Assembly: GCF_036321535.1 (NCBI RefSeq)
Contig: NC_087437.1
Span: forward strand, 75,518,001 to 75,582,000
DNA length: 64,000 nt
Source of the DNA: Camelus dromedarius
Lineage: Eukaryota
Direction: 5' to 3'
The position numbers were made by a program, and so were the translations under genes. Numbering within the stretch: position 1 is the stretch's first letter; every line of letters begins with the position of its first letter. Positions 25,710 to 38,780 of this stretch are shown here, piece after piece. Below the pieces are notes generated by a model. That model was not told the origin of the DNA. It saw only the letters and a program-made list of their open reading frames with translations, and did no database searches.

Positions 25710-28700
25710 GTAAGTATACAATGTCTCTGAATTATATTTTAGGATGCACAGATGTAATGAAAGAGTTATTTATACTCAAAGAAGTACAAAATTTTACTCA
25801 TGTCAAAGCTATCATGAAAAAGTTATGAACACATCGGTTTATAGCTCAAAATGGTTGAGCTGTCTTTTTGCTGGGAATGTACAGCCAGCAGGAGTTCTAG
25901 GAGACTCATTTCTGAACTTCCACCATCAAAAGGGAGCTATTCACTCCAGGTTCCTAACAATATCCATGAAAAGTGGTATGAGAGATGTGGATACAAACAG
26001 CAAAAGCCTCTGATCTGCAGAAGCTCCACAAACTCAGACACTAGAATCCTTGCTTAAGAGGGTTTGAGACTAATGTTTCAACTACTACCTCCCACAGCAC
26101 ATATGTCCCCTGTCTTTAGATAAGCACAGTACAACTCCACTCTCCTGAAAGAGGAATAAAAATGGGCTGTTTATTTGACTTATAATAAGGTAGCCATGTT
26201 ACTTACAAAAAAAAAAAGACATTGAGCACAGATAGAGATTTGCTACAGACTTGGAAAAGACTAACTTCTCAGCATTTGCAAGGATTTAGCTATGACACCA
26301 TGGTAAAAGTCCCTAAAATGAAAAATGACACAACAGATGAGTCTCTCAAATTCAACACAAGTAACAGTATCACAAATACTCCTTCCTCTCCTGCAAAAAG
26401 TGACAGAAAGCTTTGGGACTGAAAAGGTTTCTCTAAACTCGGATTTTAAAAACAGAATAGCCAAAGTTAGAAAGGTATTATCAAGGATGAATTCAAAATT
26501 AGGATAGTCACAGGCTTGAATTAAAATACAAGAAAAGACAAATTCCAGTTTGAGGTAAATCTAATGAGAAGAGTTAAGAAGGAGGGAGGCAGGGCTTTGT
26601 AGAGCCACATTTGGAGCTTGCACTGGAGGAAGAATGAGCTCTACTGCTTAGCATGTGTCTAACAATTAACAGACAGTAGAATTCTTATTTTGCATGTATA
26701 GTCCTATTAAAAATGGTTCTTTAAGTAAAAAGTAATAGAACAAAGAAGGTCTCAGGGTGAACTGAAGGCCCAAGGAGAGTGAGGATCTCCAATTCCTGAA
26801 CCCAGATGGAACAACTCAAAATGTAGAAAGAACTTGCTTTGCAGTTGTAATTATGGGTCCTCATCAAATTCCTCAAGGTTGATCCCACGTGCTATCTTTA
26901 AACATAATGTATGCTGTCAGTGATAAACGTAGCTGCTCATTTTCTTGAAGTACATAGACATCCCTGGGTGAGTCGGTTAAGGAGTAGATTAATATCTACT
27001 CACTTTACATCCATATGACCCTACTGGTTGTTTAATGCTGTGGGCATTCTGATTGGGTGGTGTCCCTTCTGACTGGCTAGTGCTCCTGCCCTAAGACTTA
27101 ATAAATATTTTGAATATACCCTTGCTCATGGGTAAATATTAAATACATACTGTGTGGATGAAAACTAAACCTAGCATTTAACTCTCTAGAAATAATTACG
27201 GCAACTGATTGCAGTATAGACCATAGTTTGTCACACTATGACCAGCTATCTTTGTCTGATACTACCTGAGCCGAAGAGACATGAGCATAACATAATTGAT
27301 CTTATTGAGAAAGACCAGTAAGGAGTAAGACTGCTGGGATACAGATCCTATATCTTACAAGCTCTTACACTTGGTTCTGTGGCACTGGACAGAAACGGGG
27401 AAAGCCTCTTAGGTGGTTTGGAGGATTAAACAAGTTGATATCTACAAAAGTACTCCCAACACTGCCTAGAATATAGTACATAAATGATAAGTTTTAACTA
27501 ATATAAAAGCCTTGGAACTCAGAAATGATTCCTCCTTATCAACAATTACCAGGTGGAGTTTTGAAGTTGTCAAACGTTTTTTTTGCCTTATAATCAAAAA
27601 GGACAAAATTACTGGGAATAAAAAATACTCATTTTTATTATCTACAGGTCCCAGAGGCAAATAATGTATCTCAGAGTTAAAAAGTTAACAACCAATAGCA
27701 TCTCAGCCCTTAGAATTCTATTCCTATAGACCCACCAGGAGATGATCTTTCCAGTAACTAAGTAGGGAAATAGGGTGCTTTTTATACTGTCTTAGCATTT
27801 TATGAATTTGAAATTGACTTGATGATTATTCATCATCTATATTTACTGAGATGTTGCTTTCAAACAGGGTTTTGTAATATCACCCGCCACGTTTAGCAGC
27901 ACTTGCTATACCCCAAGACCACCAGCATTAGGTTTTTCAAATATTTTGCTAATAAAAAGAGGCATCTTGGTTTTGTGTTAACTTGCATTTATAATGTTTT
28001 AAACAAATGAGATAGTTTTGCTAAATATTTTAGCTTGGTGCCTGTGTCTCTTAGAAACATAGCTTGAGGGGATTTTTACAATTATATTAAAAGTTACAGT
28101 AAAAACTGCTTATATAATTATAGGTAAATGATCATTAAATGTTTTGGGTTTTTAAAAATATAGCACAGCTTTAAAAAAAAAAGGGTATAACCAATTCTTT
28201 AGAGATCAGATTAGATGAAATGGTTCCAAGAATACATAAAGTCTATTTAAATATGGAAAAGTATTCTTAAAAATACTTTAAATGAAGACTGAGGTGGGGA
28301 TTGGGTGAGCTGGGACAGCATGATGGAGAGGGCTCACTTTAACCATAATCGGTTTTAAAAAAAATACAGCTAAAGTAGTCCCAAAACAATGAGAAAAATT
28401 CTAAATATATTACTGGGAATAGACTGTTTAATGAAGTACTGAACTTTGTATAAGACAGTGGTATTTTCCAAGAGAATAAATACCTCCCTAATTTGAAATG
28501 ATGTTAAACTTTATCCTATAGATAGAAATATTACCAAAGTCAGTCTTAATAATTGATCTTGTATAACTGACTACATTCCAATGGTTACAGCTAAAGCAGA
28601 TAAAGATAGGACAGGTACAGAAAGTAAGAAGGCTTTTCTCTTTAGAAAGTGTTCTCCACAGTGCCTCTAATCTACATTAAATTAGATAAAAAGGACCCCA

Positions 28701-30104
28701 TTTGTCAAAGATGCTTTGTAGGACAGAATCTGTGTGTCCTTGGCAAAGACCTACCTGAAACAGAAAGTACTAAAGTAATAAAGCTATAAATGTGTATTTG
28801 TATGTCTCCAGTTTGTATCTTAATATCCAAATGGTTGAGAATTAGTAGTTTGAACTCTAAATGGCTGATAAAGAGTGATGCACAATTTATAGACTACAAG
28901 ATTCCAAGGCCAAGGGCAAAGGAAGAGCAAGCCCCCATTACTCAGAATTTAAAAGTAAGTTTCTGAAGGGACATTTAGCAGTTTTTACAGAGAAAAAATT
29001 CTGAAACTGAAGAGATAAGAGGCTGCAGCTAGCAGCATCTCATTCTTTAGCAGAGAGGGATTAAACTGAGGACATTATCACAGAGACCTGCTGGAAAGGA
29101 AACCCAGAGAAAAGCAAGCCTCCGAGGGTAAAGTCTGTCACAAAAGAAAGAGACACACATATTTTTAAAGGTTGTGGAATAAAAGAGGTCCTAAAATATT
29201 TACTGGGAACTTCACTTAGGACTAAATTTGAGGGATTTTGAATACATTAACACAACAATAAAATACCAATGAAAGGTTGTACATATATGAGAAAGACGTG
29301 TGGCATCAGGAAGGAGAACCTAAAGGTAAAGAAAGCCAGAACAGCAGGATTTTTAGAATGGCACATTTATAGCTTCAGTTATGGACTTGGACCCTAGTTT
29401 TCTTTTCTAGGGAAGTCAGGTCTGAGCCCTAAGAAGTGTATACCCAAAGGCCAGTCTCACCTGGCAGAAGTCTGAGAAAGATTAGGGTCTTCCTGCTAGT
29501 CAGTTTATTTAGTCTTTCTGGGGCTTAAAATAAGTCAGGAAGTAACCAGGCACTTGGGTAGCCCCTGGGCCATTGCTGGGGAGCCTCTCAGACAGAGGAT
29601 ATTCATCCCCTCTAGGTACGGGGGGATCTTTGCATTTCTGGGGTTGGAAGTCAGTTACAGAGTTCATTCAAAGCCTCAAAGAAAAGGATGCTGTAATGTG
29701 ACAGTTTAGAATAAAGCTTCCACCCTTAGGCAAGTGTCTGGGAATTTCAAGTTGATTGGCCAGTCTCAGGAGGTAAAATACCTTAACACCTTTCTACACA
29801 ATGTACACCTGGTTACTGACCACAGCAGGGAGGAGCCGCCCAGGATCCCCAGCTGTCGATCCAAATATTCATACAGCTGTTCCCACCTGTAAGTGTCTGG
29901 AGGAAAACTAAATCCAGGAATCGGTCCCTTCCCCAGCACAGGCCGACTGCTAGAGCATGCTGAAACTGGGCAGAGCCTTCCTCCAAGGACTCTCATTTAC
30001 TTTAAGAACCACCAGACTTATAGGACCCTCAGTAGTATAATAACATAATATCATGTTATGATATGATTGGGAAATTATTATTATTTCAGAATATAGATGT
30101 AAGT

Positions 30105-30335
30105 GACAAATAATCAACACTTATGGAACATGTTCTATGCACCAGGCATGTTGATAAGCTCTTTAATACATTTCGTTTACACTTCACAGGAAACCTCGGA
30201 GGTCCTGTCTACCTTATTTTACAGGTGAGGAAACTAAGGCTCAGAGAAAAATACACGATTGCTTAATGATGGAGCTGGTATTCACACCAAGGATTATTTG
30301 ACTCTGGAGACGATCATACTGACCACTATACCTTA
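30105..30335 (-). mobile_element. MIR SINE
   Basis: 'ctatgcaccaggcatg...attttacaggtgaggaaactaaggctcagaga'. Confidence 0.85.
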
Positions 30336-31218
30336 TTACACCTTTTAATTAAAATATGCCTATATGCTTATAATTGTGGGAGATGACATCAGTTTACTTT
30401 TCTAGACAAAAATGATTTCCTCCAAATTTCCAGGAAATGCAGAAACTCGAGTTTTCATTGTCAGGTACAAACAACACAGAAAACCTAAATTATCTTTTAG
30501 TAATTTTTCCTATCATCCCAAGTCCCAAATAACAGAAATCTAATGAGAATTAAATCCTAATTTGTTGAATCCTTTCTTAGGCATTAAAAATGAGATTAAC
30601 TTAATGACTGTCCCTTGTGACAGTGTAAATACCTAGCCAACTTCAGCTCCTTATTTTAGAATTCAAAGACGACTTGATTCTGCTAGAAAACCATAGTCCT
30701 TTCTTCCTCCCACACCAGGGGAAAACTATCCTTGGGGCAGCTACCAAGCCTCTGTAGTGTAACTAGATGAACAGTGCTAAGAATATTCTTTCAGACATAA
30801 ATTCCTCAAAATACTTTTCAAAATAAACATGTCTTATTCCTCCTTCACTAACTTATCAGAACATTAGAATTTCCATCCTTTACATTGTATCATTTTTTGT
30901 TAAGTTCTTTTATTTGAAATATTTCAGCATGACCCTTCAAGACAACCTTTTATCAAGCATGTGTTTTGTATGTAGGTACTGGAGATATCTGCACTAAATC
31001 AATTTACAGAACCAGTCACATTTTTTTTTCTAACAGATAAATAAGGCATTTAAGTAAAACCCTACATTTTTCTACTCATTCATGCTCTACTTTAAGTTTT
31101 AGGTACAAACAACTTAGAAAAAAAATCCTTACCTTACTTAGAAATGTATGTTTCAGTTCAATGTTAAGTCATTAGACACAAGACCACAGATTGAATTCAG
31201 ATGTGAGAGGGTGCGATA

Positions 31219-31266
31219 GTGAATATGGTATGAGTCAGAGGGTGAATATGGTATGAGTCAGAGGGT
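31219..31266. repeat. Perfect tandem duplication, 23-bp unit
   Basis: gtgaatatggtatgagtcagagg starts at 31219 and at 31242. Confidence 0.95.
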
Positions 31267-31394
31267 AAAGTGTAAAGTCTGTTTGCTTAATTACCTATAA
31301 CAGGTTGAGGAAACCAGTGATGTTATGCAGGGCTCCTTTCAAAGTTAACTCCACCCAGATCAGGATCAGCACAGATGATTAAAATCCAGAAACC

Positions 31395-32084
31395 AGAACG
31401 CCCAGTTACAGATAATACAGTGGTGCAGCTGGTGGACTCTCGTTTCCATGCTGCACGTGCCAGCCCTCATCATCGGCGTGATTCAGGCAAGCCCCTCGGG
31501 TGGGACTGCTCTCTGGCCTCCATGCCCAGAGCAAGCCTACCTAGTTTGCTACAGAGTCGTAGAGAAAACTGTGCTGCTGACTGCAGCGGGTGCTAATTTG
31601 AAAAAAGCCACAACCCTACACAGAGTCAGAGTTTATCCGCACCTACAATTCTCACTGCAGTTCTGGTTGCTAGAATATCCAAGAAGAACAAACTCAGCTT
31701 CAGATGATTGTTTTCCCTGTAAAGCCTTCCCTGAACTCCGTGGGGGAGAGGTTAGCAGTGCCCGTCCTTTACGCACACGGCATATTGTTATCATTACTGG
31801 GTGTCTCCTTCTCTCTCACACACACACTTGCACACGTGTGTGGCAGCAACCCTTACATCCCCAACAAGTAGCACTGTGCCTCCTACACAGCCGCACAGTA
31901 GTTGCTTGTTGAGTCCATGGAAACAGAAGTTACAGAGTAAACAAAAAGATACTTTGCCAGGACAATGGCCTCTTCCGCAGGACTTCAACAGGACTCTTCC
32001 GTCTGGAATAAGGGACACACACAGCCCTGCCTAGCTTTCTAGCCTTCATGCATTCCTGTCCACATTCACTTTATCGTCTGCCAC
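31395..32084. promoter_or_regulatory. Candidate promoter/enhancer (repeat-free, CpG-enriched)
   Basis: About 16 CpGs in ~650 bp against a depleted background. CACGTG E-boxes at 31454-31459 and 31833-31838. Lies directly upstream of an ATG/donor exon candidate. Confidence 0.45.
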
Positions 32085-32111
32085 ATGGAGTCACTTGGAG
32101 ATGAGGACAAG
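32085..32111 (+). other. Candidate first exon end: Kozak ATG (MESLGDEDK) and splice donor
   Basis: gccacATGG at 32085 and donor AAG|gtacgt after 32111. It may equally be a 5'UTR exon or chance. Confidence 0.35.
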
Positions 32112-33679
32112 GTACGTTTGGGGAACTCCTTCCCTCTTTCTTGCCCTCTTTCTTCAACTCAGTAGTCATCAGTGGTGAGCCTTTTACTGCCCTTTGGAAG
32201 CTGAATTGGAGATCACTGCTCACCTCCCAGGATCCCCAAAGTCATCCATGCCAACTTTTATCATTGTTTAATAAGATCTACTGTGAAATAAGATCAAACT
32301 GGGACTTCCTTTGAAGACACAGGCAATCCCAGCTTTCACCTCTGAATCCCCACGGCCACGTAGTTCCTGGTATATCACAGCCACTCTAATATTAGTTTAA
32401 GGAAATAGCTAAGATCCTAAAGCCCACACATGGGGAGAACAGACTTTCACAGAGTCTCAAAAATAGAAGAACTAGATATTCTTTGAACATTTTTGAAGTT
32501 TCAAGATGAAATATCATACACACACACACTAGAGATATTTATTATGCAGACACTGTTCCAGCTGAAGCAAAAATAGAATGATGGCTTTTAAGAATATCAA
32601 TAGCTGAGAGATGAGGGTTGCTCTGAGGTTTATGTCACAGAGAAAGTTACCTCAACATTTAAAGCACGATCGAAGACAGGATCAACAGCTTTAGGTTCTG
32701 TACCTTTCCCTTAGATGTACTGCACCACCTCTCCAGGAAGGGCTACCTGAAAGAAAGTGGGACGAGTCACTAGGAACCTAGCTGAGGGAAGCCCACAGGG
32801 CTACTGCTTGCAGTGGTTCAGTTGTTAGGCTCTGAGATCCATCACCAATTCAAGCACATACCAGCTTGGATTCTCCTCTGTCAAGCTCCCCCATAATGTC
32901 TTCACGTTGCTGGGAGGAGAAATGGCATATGGAATATTCTTGACATTGATCATATCTATCATATATATGCACCTACACTAAGGCTTAGAGGAGAATTTAA
33001 AGTAACACTGGCATTTAACACTTATTAGATTTGCAAAAGTTCTGAGAAATAAAAGGGTAACTTTATGTAACTTGAGGATGGGAGAGTAGCTACTGGCTGA
33101 ATCCTCAGAGATCAAATAGGGCTGAAATTAATAATCCGGCTGTGAATTTGAGCTCTAGAGCTGTGGGGCAGACAGACATGAATAAAATGTAGACAAACTT
33201 AAGTTGGTCTGAGAGGCAGATTAGGCATCATATGTCAGGTATTTGCTAAATCAGTTCAATCAATATTTATTTCTAACAAGAAACAATCTCCTAATATTAG
33301 CTAGCAGAAAATTGGATCTCTTAAACTCACACATTTATCTTCCTAGTTGCTGAATGTGATGTTTGTCATCATTTGTGCATGTCTTCCTGTCCTGGTCATG
33401 GTGGCTACAGAGCTGTCACATCACATGCAGGGGCTTCTCATGTCCTTCTAGATTCTTTCTGTAACCTCTTTTTCTTCTCTGCTTTCCCTGGATTTCTACA
33501 TGTCTCAGGTCTAGAACAGCTTCAACTATTTTCAGTTTTATAGTGGGTTATCATTTAAATTGATCCGTGTGTTTTTACAAATCCTTAAGTCTGGGAAAGA
33601 GGCAGAGTGGGTCACCCAGACTCTTTTAGTTGGAGGAAATGGGTGCTAAGAGTGAATAAGTGACACACCAAATGAACAA

Positions 33680-34150
33680 GTGTCCAAGAGGGGAACCACA
33701 GTCCCCTCTGCCATCCCATCAGCCCACCTTTTGGCTCTGGCCGCTGCTGGAGCAACCGTTAGCTGTGCACAGGTGTTCTTGATGGCACCTGGCACCTCGG
33801 CTCAGCTATTCTGTGTGTCTAACTTGCTTGTCCCAGGGATTCTCTGCTTCCTAGTAAGATTCCCAGAAAGGAGAAAATCAGCACCCTTCAGTGTTCCTTT
33901 TAGCCTGTAGGGGTCGAGTTGCTCCTCTCTCCAGTGTCCCTGGTCAACAGTTCTGAAGGGTCATCTACGTGGTTCCCTAAAGCATCCCTACCAACTCTGA
34001 GCCCCGGTTACCCACAGAGATAGCTGTCTCAAGATAACACCCTGCGGTTAGCTCACCCTCCTTCCTTCTTTCACTCTTCTAATGGTCCCTCCACCATTTG
34101 GGTTCCCTTCCCAAAATCAGCTGCTTGCATGAAAGACTTATCTCAGGCTC
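33680..34150 (+). mobile_element. ERVL LTR (LTR33/LTR16-like)
   Basis: 3' end 'cttcccaaaatcagctgcttgcatgaaagacttatctcaggctcagcttc'. Confidence 0.6.
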
Positions 34151-36849
34151 AGCTTCTTACAACAGGCTGTAAACACATTCTTTCGATTTTCTGATTCATT
34201 CTTCTTATTACCCTATTAATCACCAGACCTAAAATTCAATACTCATTTTTTAACACTTACAATCACGGACAAACAACAGCCATAACATTTAATATTTGAA
34301 CACAAGTATAACCTCTGTAAGCTCTATAGAGCCTTGCACACATCAGGTGCTTACTAATGAAAAATTGTGGTTACTTTTAAGGTAGTGATTATTTAACAAT
34401 GATGTATGTGTATTTATGTGTAAATACAAAGAGAAATATATAAATTGCCCTCCTGCAGGTGACTTAAAAGAGCTGGAAGTAGCTATCTTTACCCAATGAC
34501 ATATCTAGGATCAGTTTGTAAGGGTTCCATGCCTATAAATCTTCCTCACTGGTTCTTTTTCATCTTATATTTTCTAATAAAAAGCAAGATTTTTATTCTT
34601 ATGGCTTCTTATTTTAGATATATTGATGGTTCACTCTAAAGAGTCTCACAGAATGGAGAAAACAGAATGATGTCTTTATAGCTTTGAGGTTTATAATAGC
34701 AGTAACATCAATATTTACCAGTTGTAATTACGTATACATATATGTATTAATGAGGATTTGCTTTCATTAATTTTTTAAAGATGGAACATGATCATTCATA
34801 CTTGTTTGTTTCCAGTGCAAAAAAATTAATGAAATCTCTTGGACAAAGTACCATATTGCTATCAGCATCGCATACCAGCACAGGATTAAGAAAAAGCAAC
34901 TGCTAAATGTTAAACTATTTTTGATTTGGAAAGTACAAATCTAAGTATAAATAGTAGTTTGAAAGAAACAGTTCAATGTAGCTTGTGCAGACTAGCTGAT
35001 CAGTTAGCCACAATGCTTCTGATTTAAGAGCCAGCAAAGATCATTTTATAATGTTTGACAGATACCAGAAATCAGGCAGCCCGAATGTAAACGTTGCTGT
35101 GATTGCTTGTCACTAAAGACTGAGACGCAGTGTGTTAAGTTATAAATATGAATGAAAGAAATGAAGACCCAAATTCTGGATTTTAGATATACTGGCTAAA
35201 ACATTTGTCATTGCGGGAAAACTAATTTTTCCCATGGCTTTCCTAAAGAACATAGATATAGTCCACATAGGGCGGCCAGGGTCTTTTTCTCAAAGCCTAG
35301 AACAGATACCAAAAAAAAGTATCAGTTACTATTCTATGAGCACCAGAATTATCCATATGATTAATAACATTAAAAATTTTAAAGAACATTCAAAGTGTAG
35401 TTTGTTTGAACATAAAACTAATAACAGGTCATTTCAGTTGAAAAAGTAATAAAGTGAAATCTGTTTCCATGATTGCTTTTAATTCCTTAGGCAAAAACAA
35501 CATATACATTTGATTAAAAAAATTCTTTGAAGCTCTGTGCAATTTATTCTTTAGTCAGAAAGTAAAATACCTTTGTATCAATAAGCCCATCCTTTGACTC
35601 CATATTTCACTAGAACATAGGTTTTCATAGGTACATTATCATAGTTTTCCCTATTAGCCAATATTACTATCAAAATTAGACTCATATTTACATAACTATC
35701 TTGGTAAACATCAAGACAAGAAAGTACTCTGATCAATTTTGCTTAAAATCCTATGTGTTGACTTGGCAATAATCACTAGCAGTACATATCCAGAAAAGAG
35801 CCAGGAGTTCATAAGAGAACAACAATGGCTAAGGAATAGTAGAAATTACAAATAGCCACTACTGGTGGTCACTTTTCAACAGTGCAGATGGCCAATAAGA
35901 TTCAATAGGATCCACAGCAGAAAAATTTCTTTAAAGCCATGGTAAGACTAAGGCATTGACTACTGGCAGACCGGATGGACTTTATTGGATATGCATTATG
36001 AAGCCTTCACTCCATAGGAAATTATATACTTGCTCTGGAAATGGAGCAATTATGTGAAATGTTAATGAATACTTTCAGACAAAGGAAGTGTCAAAATAGC
36101 AAAGTGGGATTGGATTTTATGAGGAGGTTAATTTCTTAAGTCAGCATATAAAGCAAAACATGCATAAAGTCAAAATTACCTCTGAAAATCCTTATGAAAA
36201 TCCCTTACCACAAAAGAAACAGACAGAAGCATCCTGAGTTCAACAGAGAGTTTGTGTCTTTTGGATTTTTATTTTTTAAGCATGGAAACAGACTACTATT
36301 TTTTCATTTCAGATCACTATTTTTCAATTGAGGACCCAAAGTAGCAGACTTGCATTTTAGGTCTATGTAGTACCAAAAATATCTAGAAAAGCAACACATT
36401 CCTAATCACTATGAAACAGGTGCACTCAAAATTATGTGGTGTAACTTCTGCAGAGTCACAGAACGTTAAGTCGTGTCAATTACCTTTAAGGTTTGGTGAG
36501 GCAGCTTTACTCATATACGAAAGCAATAGAGCTTGGGGTCACCCCCTACTCCAAGGCATAGGTCTGTAGCGTAGAATCACTTCTACAAGGAAGAAAGTAG
36601 ACAGGAAGTATTGGTCCACAATAAAGAAAATCAGAAAACCCCAGAGCAAAATGCTACTTTTGACCTATCACCACGAAGAACCTAACTCAGCACCCATGTT
36701 AATCACCTCAGTCGGAATTCACAGTTTGGAGTTTTGAGTCAGCCTCAGAATTGATGGTTCTCTGACACAGGACAGTGTCAAAAGTTTGGGTCAGTTTTTG
36801 AGCATAAGTCTTAGCAACAGAGAAACCTGCATTTGAACCTCAGAACCAC

Positions 36850-38650
36850 TTTTTTTATTTTTTACTTTTTGAGATAATTGTAGAATTGCAGTTGTAAGAA
36901 ATAATTCAGACAGATCTCATGTACCCCTTACCCACTTTTCCTGAAAGGTAACATCTTGCAAAACCGTAGTATAATATCATAACTAGTGTACTAGTTTGCC
37001 AGGGCTTCCATGACAAAGTAGCCCCGCAGGCTGGGCCGTCTAAACAGCAGAAATGTGTTTCCTAGCAGTTCTGGAGGCTGGAAGTCTGAGCTCGTGTTGG
37101 TTTGGCAGGGTTGGTTTCTTCTCAGGCCTTTTGGCCTCAGAAGCTGAAGTTCAGGTGAGCTGAACACCCCAAGGTGTTGTCAGGGTTGGTTTCTCTTGGC
37201 ATGTAGATGGCTGCCTTCTCCCTGCATCTTTGCAGGGTCTTCCTTCTGTACAGGTTATGCCCGAATTTCCTTTTCTTAAAAGAAAACCAATTATATCACT
37301 TAGGGTCCACTGTAATGACCTCACTGTAACTTCGGGACCTCTTTAAAGACCCAGTCTCCAAATATGGTTACATTCTGAGGTACTGGGGGTTAGGATGTCA
37401 ACATATGAACATGTGGGGTTGACAAACTCAGTCTATAACAGCTAGGGTATTGACATTCACACAGTCATGAAGATTCGGAACATGTCCATCACCACAAGGG
37501 TCTCTCCTATTGATGTCTAACAAATGTCTAAAACAGAGGTCCGAGTTTTTCTGTGTGCTGGCTGTACGTAACTCCCTCACCCTGTAGTCCCTGATTCTGC
37601 TGGCAACTGTCTCCACTTCTGTTTTGCTGGCCTCACTATAATTTTGCTCCACCCTGCTGTGGAACAATGGGGGAACTGGGAATAAAGACAGGGCCAGACT
37701 GGTGATAATGGCAGGATGTCACTGCATTACTGCAGTATTGTGCCCTTTTTTGTGTGCTTATTTATTGTCTGATATTCTCTTGGGTGAAATGTCTGTTCAT
37801 GTTTTTGCCCATTTTCAGTTGGATTGTCTTTTTACTGTGGAGTTTTAAGTGTACTTTATGTATCCTAGGTATTATTCCTTTGTCAGATACATGGTTTACA
37901 AACATTTTCTCCCCAACTGTAGCTCGTCTTTTCATCCTCTTCACAAAAACTTTTGCAGAGCAAATGGTTTTAATTTATGAGACTCTAGATCTTATTTTTA
38001 CGTTGTATTTTACTTGGCTTTTTCTGATACAGTTTCAGCAGAGAAAGGCAGGAATGCCATTCCATTACTACAGAGTTGGGGGTGGAAGTCCAGGCTCCCA
38101 CATAGTCTCCATAGACACTCTGGGGAGGGCAAGGTTCTTCTTACTGCTTAGGAGGATGAAATGAAAGTCCCAGTTTCCTTATTCAGCCTTCTCTGCCACC
38201 ATCCCAGTGGGAGGGCACAGCACTTCCTTAGAGTCTCCAGGAAGAGCAAGTCTAGGGTCTCCACCATCATTTTTCTGTGATGTTTGTTATTAATAGAGAG
38301 GTTATTGTCTTAAAGTTTTCTGTCTTGCTAGGTTTTCCCTTTCTGGTCCCTTTAGTAGAGAGAGGACTTTTGTTTGGATCTTTTGATCTACTCCTGTTAG
38401 CATTTGTGGGTCGCAATCTCTTCGGCTCCAAGTCTAGGGTACATGAGGCTAACAGAAAACCCAGGGAATTCTCCACACTGTAGCTCCTTGGGTCCTGGGC
38501 TTCCTAACCTGTTGTCCTTCCTCTTTCTACCTTTCAGAACCTTATAATTGTCGTATAGACAATGTTCAGGGTTTTTATTGTACTTAATGGGAGAAAAAGA
38601 GACAAGTACTTCCATTTGATCTTCCTGAAAACAGAAATCCTTCACTGTCA
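36850..38650 (-). mobile_element. L1 (L1MB/L1MC-like) 3' region, antisense, with nested MLT1
   Basis: T-rich tail at 36850. The minus ORF 37762..37944 (VSDKGIIPRIHK...MGKNMNRHFTQE) matches the L1 ORF2 C-terminus. Confidence 0.85.
36987..37440 (-). mobile_element. MaLR solo LTR (MLT1B/C-like) inserted in L1
   Basis: TG...CA termini, 'cagttctggaggctggaagtctgag', 'cacattctgagg'-like block. Near-TSD actag / gctag. Confidence 0.88.
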
Positions 38651-38780
38651 CTTTAGCTATTTGATCTTACATGGCAGTTTCCTCAGCTGTGAGACATGGG
38701 AAATATTTACCTCATTGGGAAGTGCTGAAGATTAAACCAGAGGGTTTGTAAAGTGCTTGACTCATTGTAGACATTGAAAT
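38650..38780 (+). mobile_element. MIR fragment
   Basis: 'cagtttcctcagctgtgagacatgggaaatatttacctca...gaagattaaa...tgtaaagtgctt'. Confidence 0.65.

Noticed and set aside
31375..32034. Overlapping ORFs of 73-154 aa
   Set aside because: Explained by locally higher GC content (fewer stops). No recognisable protein similarity.
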